Notes: generated by a model not told the origin, from the sequence alone. DNA of 64,000 nt from Vicinamibacterales bacterium (GCA_965206285.1 OZ242205.1:6620259-6684258); one strand, 5' to 3'. Counted from the stretch's first letter, positions 29,018-38,832 are shown. Made by a program: numbers and translations.

Positions 29018-29402
29018 TGTCAAGAGTCGCGAAGAACTGACGAATTCTCGACACTTGTCGACTCGCCCGGCTTCGCCCCCGGTCTTTTCGTGCAGATCTT
29101 GATCGAGAGGAAGATGACGGCTGTGGGCGCTGTGGGAACCGCGTTCTTCGCGGTTTCCAAGCTCCCTGTGGACGCGTTCTTTGCGTCCATGGGGGGCGGC
29201 GGCGTCCACGGCCCCGGCGCTGGCGGTCGGCACGGCGTTCGGGTAGCGTAGAGAGCGGACTCAGGCGTGGGGTGAGGGCCCGGTTGTGCCGACCGGACCC
29301 TCGTGACCGCCCCGAGCTCCGACAGACCGGGCCGGTCCCCGCTGTTTTGCCACGGTTCAGGCCCGTTGTCCAGTCGGAGACCGCCCCGCGCGCTCCGACG
29401 CC

Positions 29403-29798
29403 GTGGACCAGCCCCTCCGGCAGAAGACCTGTCGTCAGTGCGGCCGACCCTTCGCCATCTGCGCGGCGTGTGACCGCGGCCATGCCTACTGCACGCCGCG
29501 GTGCCGGGCGGCCGCCCGCCGCCGGGCGGTCCGGGCCGGGCGGTCCGGGCCGCTCGGGCCCTCCATCAGCGCAGTCCCGAAGGGCGCCTCGACCACCGCG
29601 ACCGGCAACGCGCCTACCGCGCCCGGCGCCGCGTGACGGATCACACTTCCCCCGCCCCCCGGCCGTCGGACAGACTCCCCGTCCCGGAACCCGCCCCGGT
29701 TCCCGCGCCCGCGCCCACGCGGTGTGTGGTCTGCGGCCGGCAGAGCCGGTGGCTGGTCCCGATGCCGGAGCCCGGCCGCGGTCGGAGGAGGAGGGACG
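29403..29798 (+). pseudogene. IS21-internal Cys-rich (zinc-ribbon-like) accessory ORF, frameshifted by a 14-bp tandem duplication
   Basis: CRQCGRPFAICAACDRGHAYCTPRC... continues in the +2 frame as ...QRSPEGRLDHRDRQRAYRARRRVTDHTS...CVVCGR. cgggcggtccgggc is repeated in tandem at 29523-29536 and 29537-29550. Confidence 0.5.
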
Positions 29799-31301
29799 AT
29801 GATCACGCCCGCGCAGCGCGCCGAGATCCGGCGCCTCTACTACGGCGAGCACTGGAAGATGGGCACCATCGCGGCCCAACTCGGCCTCCACCGTGAGACC
29901 GTCCGCGCCGCCGTCGAGGGCGAGTCGGTCGGCGTCCGCCGCGGCGCGTGCCGGCCCAGCGCCCTCGACCCCTACCTGCCGTTCATCCGCGACACCCTGG
30001 CCCAGTACCCCACTCTGCGCGCCACCCGCATCCACGAGATGGTCCGACAGCGCGGCTACCCCGGCTCGGTCATCCAGGTTCGCCGCCTCGTCGGCCGCCT
30101 GAGGCCCGAAACCGCCCGCACCGCCTACAGACGGGTCGTTACGCTGAGCGGCGAGCAGGCTCAAGTCGACTGGGGCTCCTTCGGCAAGGTCCGCATCGGC
30201 CGCGGCGACCGCGCCGTCTCCGGATTCGTCATGGTCCTCGGCCACTCCCGCGCCATGGCCGCCCTCTTCACCCTCGACCAGACCCTTGAAAGCTTCCTCC
30301 GCGGACACGTCGAAGCCTTCAAGGCCCTGGGCGGCGTCGCCCGCACCCTCGTCTACGACAACCTCCGAACCGCCGTCCTCGACCGCCGCGGCGCCGCCGT
30401 CCAGTTCCACCCCCGACTGCTCGAACTCGCCGGCCACTACCACTTCGCCCCCCAACCCTGCACGCCAGGACGGGGCAACGAAAAGGGGAAGGTCGAACGC
30501 CAGATCCAATACCTGCGGCACGCCTTCTTCGCCGCCAGGCCCTTCCGAGACCTCGACGACCTCAACGCCCAGTTCCGACGCTGGCGCGACGAGGTCGCCC
30601 ACCGGCGCCGCCACCCCGAACAGCCCGACCGCACCGTCGCCGACGCCTGGGCCGACGAGCGGCCCCGACTGCTGCCGCTCCCCGCCCATCCCTTCGAGAC
30701 CGAGCTCGTCCGCGCCGTCCGCTCCGGAAAGACCCCCTACGTCCGCTTCGACCGCAATCTCTACTCCATCCCCCACACCCACGTCCGAAAGCCCCTCACC
30801 CTCCTCGCCAGCGACACCCGCGTCCGCATCCTCGACCAACAGGTCGAACTCGCCCGCCACCGACGCAGCTACGACACCGGACAGGCCGTCGAAGACCCCG
30901 CCCATCTGGAAGGGCTGCTTGCCGCCACACGCCAAGCCAACGTCCACACCACCCGCGACCGACTCCGAACCGCCGTACCCGCCACCGCCACCCTCTTCGA
31001 GCGGCTCGCACAGCGCGGAGAACCCCTGCGCCCGAACGCCACCAGGCTGCTCGCCCTCCTCGACGACTACGGGCCGCAAGAGCTCGCCGCCGCCGTCGAA
31101 GACGCCCTCCGACGGGACGCCCTCGGCGCCGGCTCCATCACCCACATCCTCGAAACCCGGCGGCGGCGGCGCGGACTGAGACCGCCCCTCCGCCTCACGT
31201 TGCCCGACCGACCCGGACTGCGGGACGTCGACGTCCGGCCCCACGACCTGGAGACCTACGATGACCTCGGACAACACGACCCCGACGACGCTGGCGACTG
31301 A
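29799..31301 (+). CDS. istA: IS21-family transposase IstA
   Basis: RBS GGAGGAGGAGGG. HTH MITPAQRAEIRRLYYGEHWKMGTIAAQLGLHRETV. DDE core (QVDWG..., VYDNLRTAV, GNEKGKVE). Confidence 0.92.
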   Translation: MITPAQRAEIRRLYYGEHWKMGTIAAQLGLHRETVRAAVEGESVGVRRGACRPSALDPYLPFIRDTLAQYPTLRATRIHEMVRQRGYPGSVIQVRRLVGRLRPETARTAYRRVVTLSGEQAQVDWGSFGKVRIGRGDRAVSGFVMVLGHSRAMAALFTLDQTLESFLRGHVEAFKALGGVARTLVYDNLRTAVLDRRGAAVQFHPRLLELAGHYHFAPQPCTPGRGNEKGKVERQIQYLRHAFFAARPFRDLDDLNAQFRRWRDEVAHRRRHPEQPDRTVADAWADERPRLLPLPAHPFETELVRAVRSGKTPYVRFDRNLYSIPHTHVRKPLTLLASDTRVRILDQQVELARHRRSYDTGQAVEDPAHLEGLLAATRQANVHTTRDRLRTAVPATATLFERLAQRGEPLRPNATRLLALLDDYGPQELAAAVEDALRRDALGAGSITHILETRRRRRGLRPPLRLTLPDRPGLRDVDVRPHDLETYDDLGQHDPDDAGD

Positions 31302-32076
31302 CCTCCGACGCCTCGGACTCAACCGCACCGCCGAAGACCTCAACGACCTCATCGCCGCCGCCACCCGCAAGCGATGGAGTACGACCGCGCTGCTCGAACA
31401 CATCGCCGCCGCCGAGCTCGAAGAACGACAGCGCCGCAGCGTCGAGCGCCGACTCGCCAGCGCCCGGCTGGGACGCTTCAAGCCCCTCGCCGACTGGGAC
31501 TGGAACTGGCCCACCACCCTCGACCGGCCAGCACTCGAACGCATCCTCACCCTCGACTTCCTCGCCCGCGGCGAGAACGTCATCCTCGTCGGCGCCCAGG
31601 GTCTCGGCAAGACCATGCTCGCCAAGAACATCGCCCACCAAGCCATCCTCGCCGGGCACTCCGCCCTCTTCACCACCGCCGCCGACCTCCTGCTCGACCT
31701 CAGCGGGCAGGAGACCGCCCGCGCCCTCGAGCGACGCCTCAAGCACTACACCCGGCCCGCGCTGGTCGCGATCGACGAGGTCGGCTACCTCGCCTACGAC
31801 GCACGCGCCGCCGACCTCATCTTCCAGCTCGTCAGCCGCCGCTACGAGCACCGCTCCCTGCTGATCACCACCAACCTGCCCTTCAAGCGCTGGGACACCG
31901 TCTTCCCCAACGCCTCCTGCGCCGTCGCCCTGATCGACCGCCTGACCCATCACGCCGAGATACTCGTCATCGAGGGCCAGAGCTATCGCCGCCGCGAGGC
32001 CGAGCTCACCCATCAGCAGCGTGGCCGCAAACGTCCGTCCCGCAAACGGGCATCCGTCAACGGCGGTCAGCCGTGA
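31261..32076 (+). CDS. istB: IS21-family helper ATPase IstB
   Basis: Walker A GAQGLGKTMLA, Walker B LVAIDEVGY, LITTNLPF..W. Overlaps the istA 3' end. Confidence 0.92.
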   Translation: MTSDNTTPTTLATDLRRLGLNRTAEDLNDLIAAATRKRWSTTALLEHIAAAELEERQRRSVERRLASARLGRFKPLADWDWNWPTTLDRPALERILTLDFLARGENVILVGAQGLGKTMLAKNIAHQAILAGHSALFTTAADLLLDLSGQETARALERRLKHYTRPALVAIDEVGYLAYDARAADLIFQLVSRRYEHRSLLITTNLPFKRWDTVFPNASCAVALIDRLTHHAEILVIEGQSYRRREAELTHQQRGRKRPSRKRASVNGGQP

Positions 32077-32131
32077 GCGCCGTCGATGACCGCGCAGAAA
32101 ACGTCATTTTCGGGAGCTCGGCAACAGTTGC

Positions 32132-33895
32132 TGCTCGCCTTCGCGGGTACCGCCCGCGACGAACTTGAGCAGCGCGTCAAACAACGCCTTGGCGCGAGGG
32201 TGGCCGGGGCGGTGACCTCGCAGACGTTCCACTCCCTGGGGCTCTCGATCATCGGGGAGGTCGAGCGTCGCCGCCCCGCACTCGCGAAGGTGGCGGAGGA
32301 CCGCAAGGCACTGCTCGACCTGCTGAACAGCATCATCGCCGAGCTGCAAGGCCACCCCCGGTACGGCCATGCGCTGATTCGGTGGCTCGCGTACGATGCC
32401 ACGCCCTACCGTAGCGAGCACGAGTTCCGGTCACAGGGCGAATACTGGGACTACATCCGCAATCGGGAGATCCGGTCCCTGAAGGGGGAATTGGTCAAGA
32501 GCTTCGAGGAGTGCTACATCGCAAACTTCCTCTACTTGAACGGGGTGAGCTACGAGTACGAACGCCCCTACGAGCACGCCACCGCGACCGCGAGGAAGGT
32601 CCAGTACAAGCCCGACTTCTATCTGCGCGACGCGGGAATCTACATCGAGCACTTTGCGCTATCTGAGAACGGAGACACGCCGCCATTCATCGACCCGGCC
32701 AAGTACACGGCGGAGCGGAAGTGGAAGCTGGAACTCCACGCGAAGCACAGCACGACCCTCATCGAGACTTTCAGCCACGAACAGGCGGCCGGCCAGCTGA
32801 GGGAGCGTCTCGCCGACAAGCTGCGCGCCCACGGCGTGGCGCTGAACCCGATTCCCACGGAAGAGATATTCGAGGTGCTCAACGAGCAGGGACGGGTGGA
32901 GCCGTTCAGGCAGCTGGTGGCCACCTTCCTGCATCATTTCAAGGGTGCCCGCCTGACTATCGAGGCGGTGGAAGGACGGGCCTCCGGGAAGCGCGACGGC
33001 GGCCGTAGCGAGGCGTTCCTACGCGTGTTCCGCCCGATCTTCGAGCGCTACGAGGCGAAGTTGGCCGATGCCGGCGAGATCGACTTCCACGACATGATCA
33101 ACCGCGCGACGGACCACGTGACCGCCGGGCGTTACCGCAGCCCCTTCGGCTATATCCTCGTCGATGAGTTCCAGGACATGTCCCCAGGCCGGGCGGCGCT
33201 GCTGAAGGCGCTCCTGGACCAGTCACTCGACGCCCAGCTCTTCGCGGTCGGCGACGACTGGCAGGCGATCTTCCGTTTCGCGGGATCGGACATCGCTATC
33301 ATGCGAGAGTTTGAGGAACACTTCGGCGCAGGGGCGCGCACCGATCTGGAGACGACGTTCCGATGCTCGGACGGCCTCTGTGACGTGGCCACCCGCTTCG
33401 TGCTCGGCAAGCCCGCGCAGATCGTGAAGAAGGTGCGTCCCGTCCGGCGCGTGGACGGGCCCGGCGTCTGGATCGGCGGGGACGGCGTCGGCCCCCCCCT
33501 GCGAGAGGCGCTCAACCGGATCACGACCGAGGCCGCCCAGACGGAAGGCCGGCCGAGGGTCCTCCTGCTCGGGCGGTACAGGCACCTGATGCCGGACATG
33601 GGACCGCTGCGGCGGAACTATCCGAGCCTGGATCTTGCCTACCAGACCGTGCACACCGCGAAGGGTCTGGAAGCCGACTACGTCGCGGTGCTCGGCATCT
33701 GCGCAGGCCGGTATGGGTTCCCGACCGAGATCACCGACGACCCGCTGCTTGACCTGGTACTCGCCGCGCCCGAAGAGCACCCGAACGCGGAAGAGCGTCG
33801 GATCTTCTACGTCGCCCTGACGCGCGCCAAGCGGCGGACGTACCTGCTGGAGGAGGGAGGGCCACGCTCGGCTTTCGTTGATGAACTCCTGCTAG
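32132..33895 (+). pseudogene. helD: helicase IV (HelD)-like gene, segment 2 (UvrD-type helicase core), cut by IS1182-like element
   Basis: LAFAGTARDELEQRV...TFHSLGL..., ILVDEFQDMSPGRAALLKAL, LFAVGDDWQAIFRFAGSD, TTFRC, TVHTAKGLEADYV, EERRIFYVALTRAKRR are UvrD/HelD motifs Ia-VI. Confidence 0.85.
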
Positions 33896-35475
33896 GAGTC
33901 TGCGCCGTAGAAACCGGGATGCGACAATTGTAGAAGAGCCTGACGACGAAGGGACTTGATGTCGACGACATTCCGCCGCTACGCACCGGAGCAATCGCTG
34001 CTGTTGCCGCCGGATGTACGGGAGTGGTTGCCGGAGGGTCACCTGTCGCACCACATCAGCGATCTGGTGGACGGGCTGGATCTGACGGCGTTCTACGCGG
34101 GGTACGAGGGCGACGGGCGTCGCAACGCGCCGTATGAGCCTCGGATGCTGGTGAAGGTGCTGCTCTACGCCTACGCGACGGGTGTGTTTTCGTCGCGTGG
34201 GATTGCGCGGAAGCTGGAAGAGGACGTGGCGTTCCGGGTGCTGGCGGCGGGCAACTTCCCGCAACACCGGACGATCTGCGAGTTTCGGCGGCGGCACCTG
34301 GACGATTTCAAGCAGTTGTTCGTCGAGGTGGTCGGTCTGGCTCGCGAGCTGGGCCTTGCGCGGTTCGGGAAGCTGTCTGTCGACGGGACGAAGGTGCGCG
34401 CGAACGCGAGCAAGCGCAAGGCGATGAGCTACGGTCGGATGCAGGAGGAGGAACGGCGTCTGTCCGGCGAGATCGACGAGCTGTTGCGGGCGGCGGACGA
34501 GACCGACGTGGCCGAGGACGTGCGGTTGGGGCCGGAGGTGCGGGGCGACGAGTTGCCGGCGGAGTTGCGTCGGCGGGAAGATCGTCTGGCGGCGATCCGG
34601 GCGGCGAAGGCGCGTTTGGAGGTGGCGCAGCGGGCGGCGGACGACGCCCGCGGACGGCAGGCGGGCCAGGCTCGAAACCCGAAGGGGGGACGACCGTACA
34701 AGCGGGCGTATGGCGAGCCTGACGAGAAGGCGCAGAGCAACTTCACGGACCCGGAAAGCGGGATCATGAAGACGGGCAACGAGGGCTTCCAGCAGTGCTA
34801 CAACGCGCAGGCGGCGGTGGACGCTGAGCACCAGTTGGTGGTGGCGACGGATGTGACGGCGAACGCGAGCGACCAGGGCGGTCTGCCGGTGTTGCTCGAC
34901 GCGGTCCAAGAGCGGTTCGACGCGCAGCCGGAAACGGTGCTGGCCGACGCGGGGTACTGCAACGAGCGGGACTTGACGGAGCTCGAAACGCGGGGTGTTG
35001 ACGGGTATGTGGCGACGGGCCGGGAGGACAAGAAGGTCGCCGCCCGTAATCTGAAGAAGCATCCGGCGACGGGTCGCATGGTGGAGAAGCTGTCGACGCC
35101 GGCGGGCCGGGCGGTGTATGCGGAACGGAAGTGGTTGTCGGAGGCGCCGTATGGCTGGATCAAGCACGTGCTGGGCTTCCGGCGCTTCAGCCTGCGTGGA
35201 CTGGCGAAGGTGCGGGGCGAGTGGGACTTGGTGTGCCTGGCGGTGAACGCCAAGCGCCTGCACCTGCTGATGGCGGCGTAAAAGGGGTGGATCTTGCCTT
35301 CCGTGACCGAGAATGGGGTGCAAATCGCGGCGTTTGGAGCGGTGTACGGCCTGTTCTCGGTTCGCGCCGCCGGTTGGTCGAAAATCACCTGCTCGGCGAC
35401 CGGCAGAATACGCCTTGACGCCGCGCGTCACGACGCAAACCGCCGGGTTTCGCGAATTTCCTACGGCGCAGACTC
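33896..35475 (+). mobile_element. IS1182-like (IS5/IS1182 superfamily) insertion sequence, 1580 bp, flanked by CTAG
   Basis: The first 16 bp of the terminal inverted repeats match exactly (GGAGTCTGCGCCGTAG; L ...AAACCGGG, R rc ...GAAATTCG). CTAG is at 33892-33895 and 35476-35479. Single transposase ORF. Confidence 0.85.
33959..35281 (+). CDS. IS1182-family transposase (DUF772 + DDE)
   Basis: LLLPPDVREWLPEGHLSHHISDLVDGLDL, YEPRMLVKVLLYAYATGVFSSRGIARKLEEDVAFR, SVDGTKVRANAS, LADAGYCNE. Confidence 0.9.
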   Translation: MSTTFRRYAPEQSLLLPPDVREWLPEGHLSHHISDLVDGLDLTAFYAGYEGDGRRNAPYEPRMLVKVLLYAYATGVFSSRGIARKLEEDVAFRVLAAGNFPQHRTICEFRRRHLDDFKQLFVEVVGLARELGLARFGKLSVDGTKVRANASKRKAMSYGRMQEEERRLSGEIDELLRAADETDVAEDVRLGPEVRGDELPAELRRREDRLAAIRAAKARLEVAQRAADDARGRQAGQARNPKGGRPYKRAYGEPDEKAQSNFTDPESGIMKTGNEGFQQCYNAQAAVDAEHQLVVATDVTANASDQGGLPVLLDAVQERFDAQPETVLADAGYCNERDLTELETRGVDGYVATGREDKKVAARNLKKHPATGRMVEKLSTPAGRAVYAERKWLSEAPYGWIKHVLGFRRFSLRGLAKVRGEWDLVCLAVNAKRLHLLMAA

Positions 35476-35479
35476 CTAG

Positions 35480-35823
35480 CGATGCTAGCGGGCGGCCGGG
35501 TCGACACCTTCGGCTTACCGAATGGGCATGATCCGCACTGCCCCGAATGCAGGAAGGGGCACCTCGTGCTGCGGACGAGTCAGGGCGGCCGGTTCTACGG
35601 CTGCTCCAACTACCCCTATTGCGAGCACAAGCAGTCGCCGTGTCCCAACTGCGGGCGAGGACTGCCGGTGCGGGACGGGGAAACCGTCCGATGCCCTGAG
35701 TGCGGACAGCAGGTCGCGGGCTGCCATCGGTGCGACGGGTGGCTCGGGCGAAAGGAGGGGAAGTACGGATCGTTTCTGGGCTGTTCCAACTGGCCCACAT
35801 GCGAATTCACCAGTGCGATCTGA
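35480..35823 (+). pseudogene. helD: helicase IV-like gene, segment 3: C-terminal topoisomerase-type zinc ribbons
   Basis: CPECRKGHLVLRTSQGGRFYGCSNYPYC and CHRCDGWLGRKEGKYGSFLGCSNWPTC (zf-C4_Topoisom pattern). In frame with segment 2 once the IS and one CTAG are removed (DELLLAMLAGG...). Confidence 0.8.
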
Positions 35824-36147
35824 CGCCACTTGAGCCCAGGACGTTGACGTGCAGCTTGCCGGTCCCGACCTGGGGACAGCCTGCGAGACGCCGCGGCCGA
35901 GGTGAGGGCGGCGCTGGCCGGGTACGCCGGCGTCTACGGCATCGCGGGCTCGTTCCGGGCGGGGAAGGCGGGGCTGTAATCGGTTTCTGGTTCATACCCG
36001 TGACGGGACGGCATCGCGGGCTCGTTCCGGGCAGGCGGAGATGCGGAAGGCGGAGATGCAGCTCGGCATCCGGCCCGCGGCCGAGACGCTCGGGCTGACG
36101 CTCCAGGACCCAGACGGTCGGTCTGCCGTCCTCGGAGTTCCAGCGGA

Positions 36148-36975
36148 CTAGTGCGCCGCCTCGGCCGCCCGCATGTGCGCGATCCTGCCGGCTATCTTGC
36201 GGGCCTGCCGGGCGCCCTTGAGGAATTCCACTACGGGATCGGGGTCGTCTCCGGGGTTGGCGGCCTCGGCTTCCGGTCGGCCGGTGAGGCGCCTCACGGC
36301 CGCGGCCGCGCCGGGGATGTCGTCTCCATCGTCGTGGCCGGCCGCCTCCAACAGCCACGCCTCGAACGCGGCCGTCCTCTCGTGCATGCGTGAGAGGTGC
36401 TCTCCGAGGGCGGTGCTCGCCGGCCTCGGGTGCGGGAGCTCGGGATCCTCGTTCAACCGTCGGTGCCACACGAAGGTGAGCGCCTCGTGTAGCGAGTCCA
36501 CGGCGGCCTCGGCCTCGTCTCCGGATACCGCGGTCCTCTCTTTCGCCTTGGCTGTGTGGGCCAGTTGCCTGTTCCGCCATGTACGCAGTGCCTCGTTTGC
36601 GGCGGTGGCGGTGCGGACGAGCCGCTCGATCTCCATCTTGAGGTCGGGCTCGTCCGCGAACAACCTTGGGAGCGCCTTGATGGTGACTGTTCTCTTCGTG
36701 TTGTCCGTCAACCGGCAGGCGGCGAGGACGATCGCCTCGACCAGCAGGTTCCGGTACCGGTTCTGGAACTCCGTTGCGACGGCCCACACCGGAATCATCG
36801 GGGGGTCGTCGCCCCCGAACCCGTTCTTGAGGTCGTGGAAGCACATCCGCAGGTGGAGGTACTCGGCCCACAGCCATGCGAAGAGGTCGCCGTCCTCGTC
36901 GCCGAGGAAGGTCTTGATCTTCTTGAGCAGGGCTTCGTCGAGCTTCACCCGTGGGAATATCTCGGTCTTCGTCAT
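36148..36975 (-). CDS. HEPN-domain protein, AbiU2-like (abortive-infection-type)
   Basis: RBS AAGGAG before ATG 36975. 275 aa, helical. RNRQLAH (Rx5H HEPN motif) in ...ALRTWRNRQLAHTAKAKE. N-terminal region resembles AbiU2-type HEPN proteins (from memory). Confidence 0.6.
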   Translation of the reverse strand: MTKTEIFPRVKLDEALLKKIKTFLGDEDGDLFAWLWAEYLHLRMCFHDLKNGFGGDDPPMIPVWAVATEFQNRYRNLLVEAIVLAACRLTDNTKRTVTIKALPRLFADEPDLKMEIERLVRTATAANEALRTWRNRQLAHTAKAKERTAVSGDEAEAAVDSLHEALTFVWHRRLNEDPELPHPRPASTALGEHLSRMHERTAAFEAWLLEAAGHDDGDDIPGAAAAVRRLTGRPEAEAANPGDDPDPVVEFLKGARQARKIAGRIAHMRAAEAAH

Positions 36976-37347
36976 CCTCTGTCTCCTTGCGCTCTTTCGA
37001 GCGGCTCTAGGGGTGGGGAACGGTCTTGAGCCCGGCACCGGCGCGGGCTGGCTCGTCGAGGTCAACCGGCCCGCGCTGCCGCCGGCTTACACCCTTGCCG
37101 CGCGGTCGGTCCTCGACGGCGTGCAGCAGGCCTGGTGCGTCATGACCCAGGACGTCCGGCCGTTCGACTCCTGCATCCCCATGCCTTGACGGCGATGTGC
37201 GGGCGCAGGCGGTCTGGCACGCGTTCGATGGTCTCGGGCGGGCCGTCGCCATGACCGAAAACGGCGATTAAGCACCGCAGGTTTTCGGAGGCGTTGCCCG
37301 GGCCGTGGCCCGCGACGAACTGGACCCGTCCCCAGGCCCGGCGTTAA

Positions 37348-38828
37348 CAGCCCGTGGAAGAAGTCTATTCGCTGAGCCGACCTGTTCAGGCGGCTTGGCG
37401 ATGAGCGATTGAGCCGACCAGCCCCGCTGGCGTCCATTGGAAGTCCCAAGAGGCCGTCAGACGCCCCCAGAGCGCGGTCAGGCGAGCGATCAGTCCGCAA
37501 ATGGCCGAAAGAGCCCGCCCCTGCAGGCTCCGGGGCGTGCCGACGCCGGTCAGCCGGCGCAGCAGCAGTCCGAGGTTGCAACCGGCCGCCTGGATGAGCA
37601 CCCGCTTGCGCACATTCTCGTGGCCGCGCACCCACACTCGCCGCAGCCCCCCGGTCTCGTACTGGTGCGCGAAAGGCCGCTCCACCAGCTCCCCGCGACG
37701 GCGTTGAAGACGACGGCCTCGGTCGCCGCGAATACGCCGACGGTTCCCATACAACGCCTTCTGCGCAGCACGTTTCCCCACCGGCGTCTCTCCCGTCTTC
37801 TTGTCCTGCCAACAGCGCCGACCCCGCTCCGGCTCCGAGACGTAGCTGCGAACCCCAATCTCGTCGAGAGCCACCAGCGTCGCGTCGCTGTGGTACCCCT
37901 TGTCGGCGACCACCTCTTCGACCTCCGCACCGGCCGGCTGCACCGCCTCGACCTGCTCAGCCGCCATCGTCAGCGTCTCCGGCAGCGTCGCCGAATCGCC
38001 CTCCGACGCATCCTGCACCGTCACCGAGAGGATGGCGCCCGTCTCCATGTCGACCCCGTGCTCCGCCTTGTGGGCCAAGTGCGTCCGACCGTCCTTCATC
38101 TTTGCGATCTTCGCGTCCGGGTCCTGCGGAGACTGCCACTCCTTGTTCGACGTCTTCCTGTCCTTCCGGGACCGGTCAAACCGCGCCAACTCCGCTCGCG
38201 TCGGCGTCTCAATCCCCGATGCCTTCGCCAGCTGACGCACGAACGCCTCGTACGATTCCCCGGTATCCCGCCGCTCGATGCTCCGCATCGCCGCGTTCGC
38301 TTCCAGCGTCGTCGCATCGACGCCGACCGTCTTCCCCTGCACCAGACCCGCTCCCGCCAACCGTTCCAGCACCCACGTGAAAACCGCCACGTGCGTTTCC
38401 ACGTCGATCAGACGCCGCGTGCGCGACAGCGTCGAGTGGTTCGGCGGCGCCTCGGTCACGTCCAGGTCCAGGAAAGCCCGCAGGCTCAGAGAATCCGCGA
38501 CCCGCCACGCAATCCCCCGCTCCGACGACAGACCCTCGAAGTAGCCGATGAACAGCAGCCGGAAATACCGCCCAGGACGCAGACTCGGGCGCCCCAGCCG
38601 CGACGCGTAGAACACCGCGCACAACCCCTCCACAATGGCATCGAATCCGGCCTCCTCCAGAACCCGGTTCAGCCGTTCGAAAAAGGGATGTCCCGCGCTC
38701 GTCGGAAGGTCCGCTGTGGTCACCCACATCGGCGACGGCTGTCGCGCCGCCGGCTTCTTGCCCATTGCCATGCCGCCAAGTCTACGCCACTCCGTCGACT
38801 CCGATCTATCGACTTTTGCCACAGGCTG
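37348..38828 (-). mobile_element. IS5-family-like insertion sequence, copy 1 (1481 bp), 4-bp duplication TTAA
   Basis: Ends are CAGCCCGTGGAAGAAGTC / rc CAGCCTGTGGCAAAAGTC. TTAA at 37344-37347 and 38829-38832. About 98-99% identical (by eye) to copy 2. Confidence 0.85.
37386..38771 (-). CDS. IS5/IS1182-superfamily transposase (DUF772 + DDE), copy 1
   Basis: HPFFERLNRVLEEAGFD, RPSLRPGRYFRLLFIGYFEGLSSERGIAWRVADSLSLRAFL, PNHSTLSRTRRL, GVDATTLEANAA, VADKGYHSD. Confidence 0.9.
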   Translation of the reverse strand: MAMGKKPAARQPSPMWVTTADLPTSAGHPFFERLNRVLEEAGFDAIVEGLCAVFYASRLGRPSLRPGRYFRLLFIGYFEGLSSERGIAWRVADSLSLRAFLDLDVTEAPPNHSTLSRTRRLIDVETHVAVFTWVLERLAGAGLVQGKTVGVDATTLEANAAMRSIERRDTGESYEAFVRQLAKASGIETPTRAELARFDRSRKDRKTSNKEWQSPQDPDAKIAKMKDGRTHLAHKAEHGVDMETGAILSVTVQDASEGDSATLPETLTMAAEQVEAVQPAGAEVEEVVADKGYHSDATLVALDEIGVRSYVSEPERGRRCWQDKKTGETPVGKRAAQKALYGNRRRIRGDRGRRLQRRRGELVERPFAHQYETGGLRRVWVRGHENVRKRVLIQAAGCNLGLLLRRLTGVGTPRSLQGRALSAICGLIARLTALWGRLTASWDFQWTPAGLVGSIAHRQAA

Positions 38829-38832
38829 TTAA

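Larger units (their letters stand above)
29018..32126 (+). mobile_element. IS21-family insertion sequence (3109 bp) with 5-bp target duplication GTTGC
   Basis: Contains istA + istB. Ends are TGTCAAGAGTCGCGAAGAACTGACGAATTCT / rc TGTTGCCGAGCTCCCGAAAATGACGTTTTCT (imperfect IRs starting TGT). GTTGC is at 29013-29017 and 32127-32131. Removing the element restores the helD frame. Confidence 0.85.

Noticed and set aside
37066-37347. Possible third partial copy of the 101-nt element (ttacacccttgccgcgcgg resembles ttaccttgccgcgtg), and a cupin-like minus-strand frame (RVQFVAGHGPGNASENLRCLIAVFGHGDG).
   Set aside because: Only a ~10-nt match without the terminal GGACAG/CTGTCC blocks. The protein-like frame has no start and begins at the TAA of the IS target. 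The evidence is insufficient.
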